64,000 nt of DNA from the human T2T-CHM13v2.0 reference genome, Homo sapiens. Below are positions 13,513 to 26,756 of this stretch, piece after piece. A program made the position numbers and the translations under genes. Within the stretch, counting starts at the first letter, position 1. Every line of letters begins with the position of its first letter. Below the pieces are notes generated by a model that worked only from the letters and a program-made list of their open reading frames with translations, was not told where the DNA came from and did not search any database. The DNA lies in assembly GCF_009914755.1 (NCBI RefSeq), contig NC_060928.1; one strand, 5' to 3'.

Positions 13513-14852
13513 CTTATGGGGGTCTTGGGTGTTTGCTGCCATCATTTAAGTATAGCTGTTCTGTGGTACTCAGAATACTGAGCATGTAACATTTTACTTC
13601 AGAATAACATAAGTCAGTCTACATTTTATAAGGACGTTTACATATTAGGTAGTATACCTTGTGTGCTTGACGCAAATGTGGCCAATTTAGGGTGATTTAG
13701 TGGAAAATGGAATCATCTGGTATAGTAAACAGCTTTTGTTTTCTGTTACAGACATAATGTTAGGAAAATTGAAATAAATACAAGGGGTAGTTATGGTGAA
13801 CCCTGTTAAACTACTGTTTTAAAAACAGTGAATTTCAGAAAAATCTCATCTGTTCTGAGTGATTTCATTCCTTTGAGAAGTTAAACTGGCTCTTTTTAAA
13901 ACAAATGCATCCAGGCGTGCCTGGTTATTGCTTTATTTAAAGCTGGAAGCAAGGCTCCTTTCGGTTCTTACTTGACACATGGGATTTAAAAAACAAGGGT
14001 ATACTATGGATTTAGGGAAGGATACCTGTTTAACAAATAGGATTATGACAATTAAACTATCTAAACTGAACTCCAAAGGGAATGGGATTAGCTCTTCCAT
14101 TTCTTGTGCCCTTCAGCATGGAAATCTGTTGGCCTTATTGAAATATTCCTAATGTCTCTAATACAAACCAGGTTTTTGCACCTTCTACCCCAGAAGGATC
14201 AGGAATGAAGTCCTGAAAGTGATATTTGGTGAAATATGTTTTGTTCTGAGTGAGTAATCAGTGGGACCATCAGTTAGGCTGAAAGTTTCATGGAATCTTG
14301 AGTGTTGATGGCTGCACTCCTGAAACTCTCTCCTTGAGTACTGTGTGACCACAGCTGCAGTGAGACATCACAGTTGAACTGCTTCACAAATTCCTTCAAT
14401 TCCTTTGACCTCTGGAGACTCTGTCCTTAGGAATGTGAGATGAGCACTCACGATGTTAGCAGCGAGTAGGGCCTCATGGTAGGGACTTTGCTAAAGTACT
14501 AATTACAGTTGCTTTGGAAAATGGCAGAGCATTAACGATTAAGCAGAGACACGCAGCTCACACATTTGCACTTTCACAGGTTGAGCTCCTTTGCCAGGGA
14601 AAAGGGAGAAGGCGGATAGGAAATGTCTCAAAAGATTTAGATAAACTAGATTAGATAATTTCTCTTGAAAAATATATTAAGAAATGAAATAAAAACACCA
14701 CTCCAAAAGCATCAAAAGAAAATATAGTTCAAACACTTACCTATTTTTATTGCCAAAACCTTAGGCAGTGAATTCTGCAGTTGAATTGATCACTTTATTG
14801 TTTTCTGCTTTGCACTGCCCTTTAATTGTTTCATATGTGTTCATGTTGTCTA

Positions 14853-15159
<307 letters not shown>

Positions 15160-15172
15160 TTATCCAACTTTA

Positions 15173-15616
<444 letters not shown>

Positions 15617-15887
15617 TTATTATGGTTTGTGATATGTTATAGTTTCTTGGAAAAATTAATTAACTTATTTTGATATGACTGTATTTGATCTGTTCTTTGA
15701 GTTGGATAAATTTTACTTATTGATTATTTGAGATTAAAAATGAATTGTTAGCAGTTTTATAAATAACTTTTTGTTTTTAAACACAGGCTCACTAGAAGTT
15801 GCAAAAATACAGTGCAGAGAGTTTTTCTGTATGCTTTACTTAGCTTCCCCCAATGAACACCACTTTAAAGATGCCTAAAAAGGCCTT

Positions 15888-15992
15888 TACCTAATGGGTG
15901 CAGCACACCAACATGGCACATGTATACATATGTAACAAACCTGCATGTTGTGCACATGTACCCTAGAACTTAAAGTATAATAATAAAAAAAA
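15888..15992 (+). mobile_element. L1PA 3' terminal fragment (~100 bp)
   Basis: 'gggtgcagcacaccaacatggcacatgtatacatatgtaacaaacctgc...agaacttaaagtataataataaaaaaa'. Confidence 0.9.
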
Positions 15993-16938
15993 GATTTATA
16001 AGGAATAGCAATTTTTATACTTGCTCTGAAGAAATATGTATTTATTAATCACTGATTATATGTATAACCACAGATTATAAAAAATAGAATTAGAGACACC
16101 TACTAACTCTCTATTTTGGGGGGTTGTGGGTTTCCGTTGGAAAAGGTGCTCATGTGGCAGGCAAGAAGGAAGAGTCATTCATTCACTTATTTATTCATAT
16201 CTCTGTGAATTTGGTGTTTGCCTCATTCAAATCATTTAAAAAATATTTATCATATTGATTACATTGAACTAAGAGTTTGAAGTCCAAATGTTGTTCCTAT
16301 AAAATCTTTGGAAAATAGAATGCAAATAAAAGTGAATGAGAGTAGAACTTCTTTATGGTACAGGTATTAGGGCAGCATGATAACACTGGATTTTATGTAA
16401 AGGTGAGAGAATATCATTGTTCTATACATCTCTGTTAGGTGCATGTCATTACCTTACAATATATGTGAAAGCACAATATATTGAGACGTTTTAGAACAGA
16501 TGTTTCATTTATTACATATGCATAATATTTCCAGTGAAATCTCAGTGTTTCACTACTCCTTAATATATTGATAAATATTACACTTGAACATGCATTTGAG
16601 TTCAATTATCTCTTAATAGGAATATTTAAGTGCTATATTTCTATGTTTGTCCATGTATCTGAACTTTATGCAGTCTTGTCTAGAATATTCCTTTGAGGGT
16701 TTGGTCTTGCACCTCAGGGCAGATGTAACTGGGAAGGGTCTAGAGAAACACGCTGCATATCATGAGAATGGAGGAGTTTCTTTAAGAGAACACACAGAAA
16801 GTTATTTGAATGCTTAGGGTCTTGAACAATGAAGTGTAAAGTCTGAAAGGAGACCTCACCAAAGCCTGTAATGTCATGAACACTTACCCCAAATCCAAGA
16901 ATATCAGAACTAGGAGCACCACATATAAGAGAGAAATA

Positions 16939-17075
16939 GGCTGGGTGCCTCATGCCTGTAATCCTTGTGCTTTAGGAGGCTGAGGCAGGAGGATTGCTTG
17001 AGGCCAGGAGTTTGAGACCAGCCTGGGCAGCATAGTGAGACCCTGTCTCTACAAAATAAAAAATAATAAAAAAAT
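16939..17075 (+). mobile_element. FLAM (free left Alu monomer)
   Basis: Left monomer with 'ggaggattgcttgaggccaggagtttgagaccagcctgggc' and A-rich tail. Confidence 0.85.
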
Positions 17076-17896
17076 ACATAACTGAGAGAAGTAGGTTTAG
17101 CTTAAATTTTTAAAAAGTTTAAGTTTATACAGTGGGTATTTATGTGAGCAGATGTTTTTACCACAAGAGGAGAAACTGGATACTCTAACAGGAGAAGGTC
17201 CAGAGCAAATCACTGGGTGGATTAAGTATTTATACAATTTAAAAGAGAAGATGGACATTTGGTAAATAGACCTAATCTTTTGGGTGGTTATTCTCTCTTT
17301 ACTCAAGACTTTACCCAGGATTATCCTCTTTTCACAGAACTTTCTTCAAGTCACTTATCATTTTGTAGAATAATTTCCTGTTCTTTGATGTCGTCAGGTG
17401 TCACTGAAAGTTGGTCTAGAGGATTGTGGGTCTGACCGCACATGACAGTTCCTATAAAGTTTACTGGCCTCAGCATGTCTTATCTCAGCTCTTGACCTTG
17501 ACTGGAAGGCACTAGTGTAAATGCATTGTTACATTTGAGGTTATAAAATAAGCACTTAGACTTCCTTATACAATTTCTATGAAACAAGTCCACACCTTGC
17601 TACTGATAACATGAAATTGGATGTTATTTCTGAATTGAAACCAACATTTTTGGTTTGGGGTTTATCTGGTATAATCTCACTACTCTGAAAAAGTTTACTT
17701 TTCCAAATAAATGCAATATATTTTATTTTGGGTGAGTTTAAAAATCATCATCTTGGATAGCTTTTTTAAATGTAATACTGTGTATGCAAATTAAAGAGCC
17801 TGGAAAGTCTGGTGCCATGTATTCCTGTTTGGCCTACAGCTTTTAGCTTGTGTGATAGATGGATTCTGCCACATGGGCTTGAACAACACAGTGTCC

Positions 17897-18205
17897 TTTT
17901 TTTATTTTTATTTTTATTTTTTGAGACGGAGTCTTGCTTTGTTGCCCAGGCTGGAGTGCAGTGGCGCAATCTCGGCTCACTGCAACCTCCAACCTCCTAG
18001 GTTCAGGTAGTTCTCCTGCTTCAGCCTCCTGAGTAGCTGGGACTACAGGAGCGCACCACCATGCCTGGCTATGTTTTGAATTTTTAGTAGAGATGGAGTT
18101 TCACCATGTTGGCCAGGCTGGTCTCGAACCCCTGACCTCAGGTGATCCACCTGCCTCAGCTTCCCAAAGTGCTGGGATTACAGGCGTGAACCACTGTGTC
18201 CAGCC
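17897..18205 (-). mobile_element. AluS (Sx-like)
   Basis: Full antisense Alu with (TTTTTA)n tail. Confidence 0.95.
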
Positions 18206-18954
18206 CACGAGTCTTTTATATAAAAACCAGAACAGCAGGAAAAAGCAGGTTAGAGCATGTGGCCCAGGCTGCTACTTGAGTTGACAGCTGATGGAATAAA
18301 TTCTTAGTTCTGTAGAGAAAGTGAGGATTTAGTCCTTAGGTGATTGTCTGGGGATGTGGGATCTGACAGAACCCCTATGGCTTGGGGAGCAGGGGTGGGA
18401 TGATGTGAAAGCCTTAGTAGGTACTATGCAGGGTCTGTGGAATCAAGGAAGAGGAAATCATATTTTGAGGAGGCTGATTGTGAGAAACTGTGAACCTGTC
18501 TGCTTAAATTACAAGAGTGGCCTGTTTATCTGCTGTCAATAGAGTATGAAGTAGTCATTTTAATTGAATTTTCTGATAATTGAAGCTTATTAATTGTCTA
18601 AAATTATCTTAAGATATTTTCTGATGTACATCATTTTAAAATGAGTTGCACACATTTCTATTCTGTTTCAACATATTCAATATAATTTTCGCTCTTGTTC
18701 ATCTGTTGGTATTCATTATATAATTCAGACGTGGTCTCAGGTCTGGAGACATGTGAAGTTATTGCTCCTACACTGAGTGTTTCCATGTCATTATGCCTTA
18801 ATCCTTATTTAGACACAGCTATGATACCCTCTTTACAACATAAAGGATAAGCAAAAGGATGTATAAATGTATCCTGGGCTGGAAAGTGGCATTATTGACT
18901 GGCCATTGGCCATCAGCAAAGGGGCCTGAGTGGAAGGATATGAAAGGATGGGTG

Positions 18955-19071
18955 TAATGTAGATGACGGGTTGATGGGTGCAGCAAACCACCATGGCAGG
19001 TGTATACCTATCTAACAAACCTGCAGGTTCTACACATGTGTCCCAGAACTTAAAGTATAGTTAAAAAAAAA
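18955..19071 (+). mobile_element. L1PA (PA7-like) 5'-truncated insertion
   Basis: 'gtagatgacgggttgatgggtgcagcaaaccaccatggc...cccagaacttaaagtata' plus poly(A); TSD AAAGGATG(G/A)GTG at 18943-18954 and 19072-19083. Confidence 0.9.
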
Positions 19072-19331
19072 AAAGGATGAGTGGTGAGCACAGCTGACAC
19101 ACCCCACGAATATCTGGGGGGCTTTGAGAAGGTTGCTGAGATCCAGTAATCATGTGGCAAGTTTCAGTTATTTTTATTGAGACCTCTTGGCTCAATAGGC
19201 TGTTGAGGTCGTTGGAAACTCCCATCAAAGTTGTTTTCCAAATCCTCCATGACTGTCAGGGTTTCCCTGTGCGAGTTAAGAGCATGAGCTCTGGAGCCAG
19301 AGAGCCCAGGCTTGAATCCTGTCTCTACCAT

Positions 19332-19752
19332 TGTCTTAGGCTGAGTTCCCTGTGAAACAGTTTGTGAGATTGTGCAAGAAGTTTACTGGGACTTGTACTG
19401 AGGGACACTACCTGTTGGGGAGTTAAGGAAGTTGGACTGGGAAGAGGGAGGAGCTGAAGAGCAAGACAGTAACAGAGGCCTCAGCTGAACCCATCAGGAG
19501 CTCTGGAGCTGGGGAGAGAGATCCTTTAGAGTTGCCCCCAGATAAGGAAGCTAGGCCTCTTTATCCCACAACAACTGGTCATGATATATGGGCTGCCTCT
19601 GGAGAGGGGTGTGACCTTGGGTCAGACGGCTCTCTTTGGCTAAGGTAATTTCTAGAACAAGGTTGAGCTGAGCGTCATCAATGAACACTCCACCAGCTGG
19701 GGAAGCACCTCTGTTCTGCAGGGGAGATCTGGGCTGCACAGCACAGCACCAA
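19332..19752 (-). mobile_element. ERVL LTR16-like solo LTR nested in a MIR
   Basis: Begins 'tgtcttaggctgagttccc...gtgcaagaagtttactggg'; MIR halves at ~19270-19331 and ~19790-19905. Confidence 0.55.
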
Positions 19753-22700
19753 AGACTTCGTGCCTTATGACGGGGGACTCTGTGCTTCCAAGTTCTTTAT
19801 CCCAACCTTCTTTAATTCCTAGAGTTTAAGTAAGTTAATGAATGTGAAATGCCTAGAAAAATGCATAGCACATAGTCAGTATGGTTTAGGTGTTCGTTAT
19901 TATGATCATACCTGACTTTATCAGCCCTACCTCTATTATAGTGTGGTTCTTCTAATATGCTGTGAGTCTGAAAGCTGTTAATACTCTCCTTATTTTTTTA
20001 AATTTTCTTTGCAAGAGGAAAACATCTGACAATATTTTAGTAAGAAATGATTTAACATATAATGTGTTTTTGTACCATTTGTGTTTTTAATTTTTACCAG
20101 AAGAAAGATGCAAAAGAAGTGATTACTGATGATGACATTTGAAGGATTTGGACATATGGTGGATAAAAGTTTTAGGAGTATGTGTGTATTAGTTGTTGGC
20201 CTCCCTCAAAGTAACTTAGATAAGCAATCTCTGAGTTAACAGAGAGTTCACTGCTGTTGAGTTGGAGACTGGTGTGATAAGAGCAGTTCATAACCAGGGG
20301 ATAGTGTCCAGCTGAGAAGCTCCTCGAAGTGTTGGTCTTCAACTATCCCATCACTGTAGGCCTAGATATAAACATTAGAACATATAACCAATACATATAG
20401 CATTGACAGTTAAATTGCTTTATTTCTTAAACATTTCAGAATCATTCATTTCCGTATTTAAATTCCATAAATATAGAGCAAATCACCTGGAATGTTTTAG
20501 AAATTTGGTTTTGATTCAAAGTAATGTTCTCATGGAGATGCAGTCTCTGCCAATTCATTTCTCATTCACTTTAGGACATGGCTAATTCCCTTGGACAGTT
20601 TTTATCTCCTTCATATTCAAATGGGTGGAAAACATTTTATCTGAAATGACTCACCCTTCCCCCACCTCCTCAAATATGGCAACTATGTTGTATTGTTTAT
20701 TTTTAAGGGACTATCTAATTGCACCGTTAACATTAAAGCAGAGAGTTAAAAATGTATGCCACAAAACACTCTTTTAAAATATCAAGTGTGAACATTTCTT
20801 CTGTTTGTACCAGTAATCCATTATTTGTATACCCTAATAAAGCCAGCGGAGTGGAGGAGGAAATAATACAACACCTTCTTTGAAAATTTTTTTTAAAAAA
20901 GAGGGCTTCCTTGAATCCATTTTCCTCCCCAGTTTTAATTTAAATTGCTCGTACTTATTCTCCATTTCTTTTAAAGAAATGAGATTGTTAGAAATGAACC
21001 ATGGAAAGTAATTTATCTACATATTTATTATATGATGATCTGTAGAAAATGAGGATTACATGGAATACACAGTAATCATCAAGCTGTCAACAAGAAATTT
21101 TGTTTTAGCTTAACTTTCTTAGACATTAACCTTGTTTCTGAGTTGAGCAATCTGTTGTGGGTTCTATGCAGAATTCCATGGTTACTTTTGTTATGTGAGC
21201 CAAGAACCTAATGGAAATCTTCTCACTTCAGCAACCAGCTAACGTTTTTTTTCCTATTGAGACTAAGAATATATAACACATTTAAGATTTTAGTTCCACA
21301 TTTTGGCGGAGGGTGGTGTTTGGGAAGAGTGAATATGGATAAAAGATTTGAGGTAGACTACTAGATGTGTAAAAATGTATTAATGTTTATATATGATGAG
21401 TGGTAACAATGTATTGCATAACAAGTCCTTTCTCCTTTTAGAAAGATGACTTTTAAAACTGTGTATTTAGGGGATTAAAATACATAAACCCTCTTTTTAG
21501 AGAAACATTGTTGAGCTTGATTTAATGGGAAACAACTCTATATCCAAGAAGATAATGCTAGTGTAGCTTTTAATTCTCAAAAACCTGAAATTATGACATT
21601 GGTATAGATGATCTTTCACTGCGTAAGAGATAGTGAAGTAAAAATAATATTTTGGACAAAATTATGTATTGTGTCCAAAATGGGTGTAGGTGAAATTTCT
21701 ACTCTTGTATATTTAATCCGAAGCCAGCCACAGTTACTGTGTGATGACTTTGCAGAGGGTCCTGCTCATGACTCCCAATTTAAAAACCACTTAATGCCCT
21801 CTTTTTTGTTAGCATGCATGTAGGTAGGTTTTTATGTGGATTTTAGTTATACCTTGGCGAAAAACATGCATTTCTCAATCTTGGGCCATTGACCTAAGTT
21901 TTTTAAATGAATATATGCAAACCAGAACATATTGTAAGAAGGAAAATCTGTTGATCCAAAACACTTGTTTATTTAAATAGAATGGCTTATTACTTTCATT
22001 TAGAGTATAAAGGTTAATCAAGTCTTGGGATTGTTCATCTAAATATGTAAATGTAATGCGGTCAGGGACACCTGAATAAATGTTTGCTTAAATGATAACT
22101 AGTTAGTAGAAGTATATTAAACTAGATTTTAATCACTCACAAAGTTTTACATGTGACATGTTTAGTAAACTCACTGTTTATTATGTAATTTAAGTAAAAG
22201 GCAGAAGAGGAAAGATACCTAATAAGCGAAACACTGTAAATTCCAGAAAAGCCATGTTATTAGAATTTATATTTTCTCTGAAAACCAAGTAGTTTTTCAC
22301 CCACAGGTCACTCAAAGGTTTATCAAAAGGAGAGGAAGATTCCATGCGGTGTTGGCTATTTGATCTAATGGTCTAAATGAAATGGAAAAAGAAAACATGT
22401 CCTTATGCTAATGGTTCAGTTTCCAACAATAAACCTGGTGGGTTCACTTTAAGTGTGGTTTCCTGAAAATTGATGATGATTTTTAGCACTTAGCTTCTTA
22501 TCTTCAAAGCACTTTCCAAATGTTAAATAATTAATTGCCACAACCCCCATGTGGGCGTAGAATAGCAAGCATGTCTTTCTGTTTACCAGGAAGCCATTAT
22601 GACAGAGTCTGGAAATGTTGATTTTTATTTTTAGAGGTGTCTTTGCTTTCCAAGGTGACCAGCATTTTAAATGATGTCCTGGTTTCCAATCACAGGGTCA

Positions 22701-25053
22701 TGGGAAAAGTTACCAAGGATGTTGAGTACTTGAAAACTTTTTATTCTTCTTGTTTCCATACAGATTTCACTTTTCATCTTACTTTTGCCTGTTCATCATT
22801 TTGCAATACTATTTTTTAAAATGGAATATTAAATATTAGCAAGTTTAGTCTTTGCTATTAGTATAGTCTCTTTGTAACTAGTAAATACAGCATGCAGAAA
22901 ACCTGGTGGAACTAGGAGGGATAAAGATAACTTTAAGTGGAAAAAAAATCACATTTCAAAAACAACTTTAATATATTAAAGAAATGAATCATTTTAAACA
23001 ATAGTTTTTCTAGTCTAACTTAACCTTGGAGCCTGAGGAATAATGAATATAGACCATGTATATGTCTAACAGTGTATAGTTGCACTGTATGACATATATT
23101 GAGGATGAACTTATATAAAACAACTAGAGAACAAGAAAGACAATGAGAGAGGCTAATGTAGACAAAATAAATATGGAATAAGATGGCTAACACTGGGGTT
23201 AACACGTACATCTTAACACTGGATTTAACGCATACATCCTGAGGAGACTGAGGTCATGGGTGATGGTGTGACAGGACCTTTAGGAAGGAGGTGGGTTAGA
23301 ATTTACAAGGTAGGTGGTGACTGTCCTAGCAGACAATACCTACATTAGCCAGACTAATTCCCAGCTTGTTTGTGTTGCCAGCGTCAGAATATCTACTGAT
23401 TAGCTCTCTGGAGAGATGCAGGATGGAGTCACTGTGGCAGATGCAGAAGGCTCCCCATCCCTCAGCTTCTCAACCTTTGAAATAGAAAAGAGCCAGGACC
23501 TTACTTTGAGAGCAGTCAATCCCTTTATGCTTTGAGAAACCCACCAGATAACAAAGAGAATGCTATGGTGATTATTTCTGATGAATGTTGTTTCTTTGCA
23601 TACGATTAACATCTTTAAAGGCAGAGCAGAGTTAGATTTCTTCCATGTCATTTTAAGGAGGTAAGGCCCCCCCATCCCCCAAATCAGAAGTGTCAGCTAA
23701 ACACTTGTCTATTGAATGCAGGTATATCTTCTTCATCATGAAGTTTGAGACCCACAGCTGGGCTTCAGAGAAACCCCTCGATATTGTTGTATACAGAATT
23801 TGTATATATATTTATTTTTTTCTGGAGAAGTATGTCCAGCATATTTATGACATTACTGAAACTGGGGCATACACACAAATATTTAATATTTAATACTGAC
23901 TAGGTTCCCTTATGGACCACAAAACAAAAGGTCAGTTTCTAGCTATTGACTCCTCCAAAATTTGAATGAAAATAAAATGAGAGCCTGTCAGCTGCAAGAC
24001 ATCACCTCCAAAAAATCTAATGTTTTTCTCTTATCAGAAAGATCAGAAAGTGCAATGATGCAGTCAAAACCAGTGAACATGGCTATTTAACTACAGTACA
24101 TTAAATTTGGAAAGGTAATGATCAAGATTATTTTATCTACCATCAGTCATGGGACTTTCTTACTATCAGATCTAGAGAGGGTATGCCCATAAGGATAAGG
24201 CAACTTTAATTGTGCATTTGTAATTTAGCTCACATTCAAACATGAGTGCTTTGATAGCCTTTTTGTGGGAAATTGCTCATTGACTATGTCGTAGAACGCA
24301 TTTGGGAAGTAGGATAATTCTTTGCCTCTCTATAGTTCTTTCCATAAGCAAAGTAGTTATTTTCCTGTAAGTTTGTATACTAATTTAATCTTTGTTAATA
24401 AGACCACATTTTCTGTGAAATTTTGCAAATAAGATCATGATTATAACTCATTAGGGGAAGGCTGATATTTAAAGGAGTATTGGAATATAAGAGAATCATT
24501 AAATATGGAAAACAAGACCAAAAGACTAGGGTATTTTAATTGAAGTTCATTGTTGGTCTTTGAGGTGTGAGTGTTCAATAATCTCATGAAACTATAGCCA
24601 CATTTAAATTATATATTCATATATCCATTTTATTTTTAGGTTACAATTCACAGTTTTCAACAGATTTCCAAAAGGCTCATGGCCCCCCAAAATGTTAAGA
24701 ATTATTGGCTTATAATGTCAGAATTTTATAAGTGCTTATCTAGGAAGAAGCCTTCCATAATTTTGAGAATTTTGCTCAACTTCAGTAATTTGAAAACAGG
24801 TCATTGATAAAGAATAAAATAGTACAATACAGTGGAGTTCAAAACTGTTTAGTTCTGAGTATAATGCTTTATGAATATATATTAGACTTGACAAATGTGT
24901 AAGAAGATAAGCAAGAAAGATCAAACTGTTAACTCCGAATTATAACTGAGGGCCTGGGGCTGAATATATGGGTTGAAATCTGTCAATAATCTGTGAATCT
25001 CATTAAAACCAGTAGTTGGAACCATTTCACTGATGAAATTCACATTCATTTTG

Positions 25054-25080
25054 ATTATTATTATTATTATTATTATTATT
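25054..25080. repeat. (ATT)9 microsatellite
   Basis: Read directly from sequence. Confidence 0.9.
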
Positions 25081-25159
25081 TTAGAAGGAGAGGTTTCCGA
25101 CCCTAGTGATTGGTTTGGGGTTTCATTTCCTCTACTATAATCATCTACTGCAAGCGAAT

Positions 25160-25355
25160 CATGCAGTGGTTAAGTATTCAGCCTCTGGAATCAGCTTGGA
25201 CGATCATATTACTTTGCTACTATGACTGTGGTCTTGGGGAATTCACTTGACATCCATGTGCTCCTCTTCTGTAAAATAAGCATAATGGTACTAGTAATCT
25301 TATAAGGTTGTAATGGAAAATCAAATACTGTAGTGTATATTGAGAACAGTACCAC
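25160..25355 (+). mobile_element. MIR
   Basis: 'gcagtggttaag...ctctggaatcag...tctgtaaaataag...aaggttgtaa'. Confidence 0.65.
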
Positions 25356-26074
25356 CTGTCTCAACTGAATAATTTTAATTTTGTCATCATTTCTGAAGTG
25401 ATGCCTGCTCATAAGATAGATAAGATACTGGCAGCTGAAAGGACAATAAGAAGAAATGAGGTGTTGGCTCTATTCCAAACACTATGGTCCCTTGAATAAA
25501 TGAGAATTGACGATTTGTTTTATTGACACTAGTCTGAAGTCTCCTGGAAATGTTTCATCTGCTTTAGTATGTCTAGACAGATGGTCTTCCTGCATAGAAT
25601 ATTTCTATGTTTATTAATTCAGAGTTAGAACAATTTAAAAATCTGTAAGCATGTGTGAGGATAAATTTATAGCATGTGCTTCCATATCCTTAAAGCAAAG
25701 TATATCTATAGGTGCAAATTACTGTTGATCTTAACAACTATGATTTCCCAACATTTGGTGGGTATTTAACTTTCACTTGTTTACAAAAAAACTAAATGAA
25801 GTCACTTGACTATGAAATACACTTTAAAATATTGAAATCAGATAGCCTTAGATGATAATTTTTCTGCAGTGGTAAAGGAAGTATTGGAAGTGATGCAAAA
25901 TTTGCTACTTCACATTCTCCATCAATTACTTCATGGTTTTTCAAGTTAATTTGTATTTCTAAGAACTGCATGAAGGCTTATTTTCTTTGTGTAGAAAAAT
26001 ATTAATGCTTGAATTCTGTTTTTTCCTCTTTATTTTCATTTGAGTTTAGGAAATTTTTGGAAGGCTTTCCTCCT

Positions 26075-26363
26075 TTTTCTTCGGGGAGACAGGGGCTCAT
26101 TCCATTGCCCAGGTTGGAGTGCAGTAGTGCAATCATAGCTCACTGCAGTCTGCACGTCTTAGGCTCACGTGATCCTCCCACCTCAGCCTCCTGAGTAGCT
26201 GGGACTATAGGCACATGCTACCTTGCCCAGCTAATTTTAGTTTTTATAGAGACAGGGTCTTGCTTGTTGCCCAGGCTGGTCTCAAACTTCTGGGCTCAAG
26301 CCATCCCTCTGCCTTGGCCTCCCAAAGTGCTGGGATTACAGATCTGAGCCACTGTGCCTGGCT
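26075..26363 (-). mobile_element. AluJ
   Basis: J-type 'gcaatcatagctcactgcag', 'gggctcaagccatcc'. Confidence 0.9.
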
Positions 26364-26403
26364 GCTCTCCTCCTTTGACAAATTATAATAATATAACAAT
26401 GTT

Positions 26404-26756
<353 letters not shown>

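Noticed and set aside
18900-18912. NFI-like palindrome TGGC-N5-GCCA
   Set aside because: Single short motif, expected by chance in 64 kb
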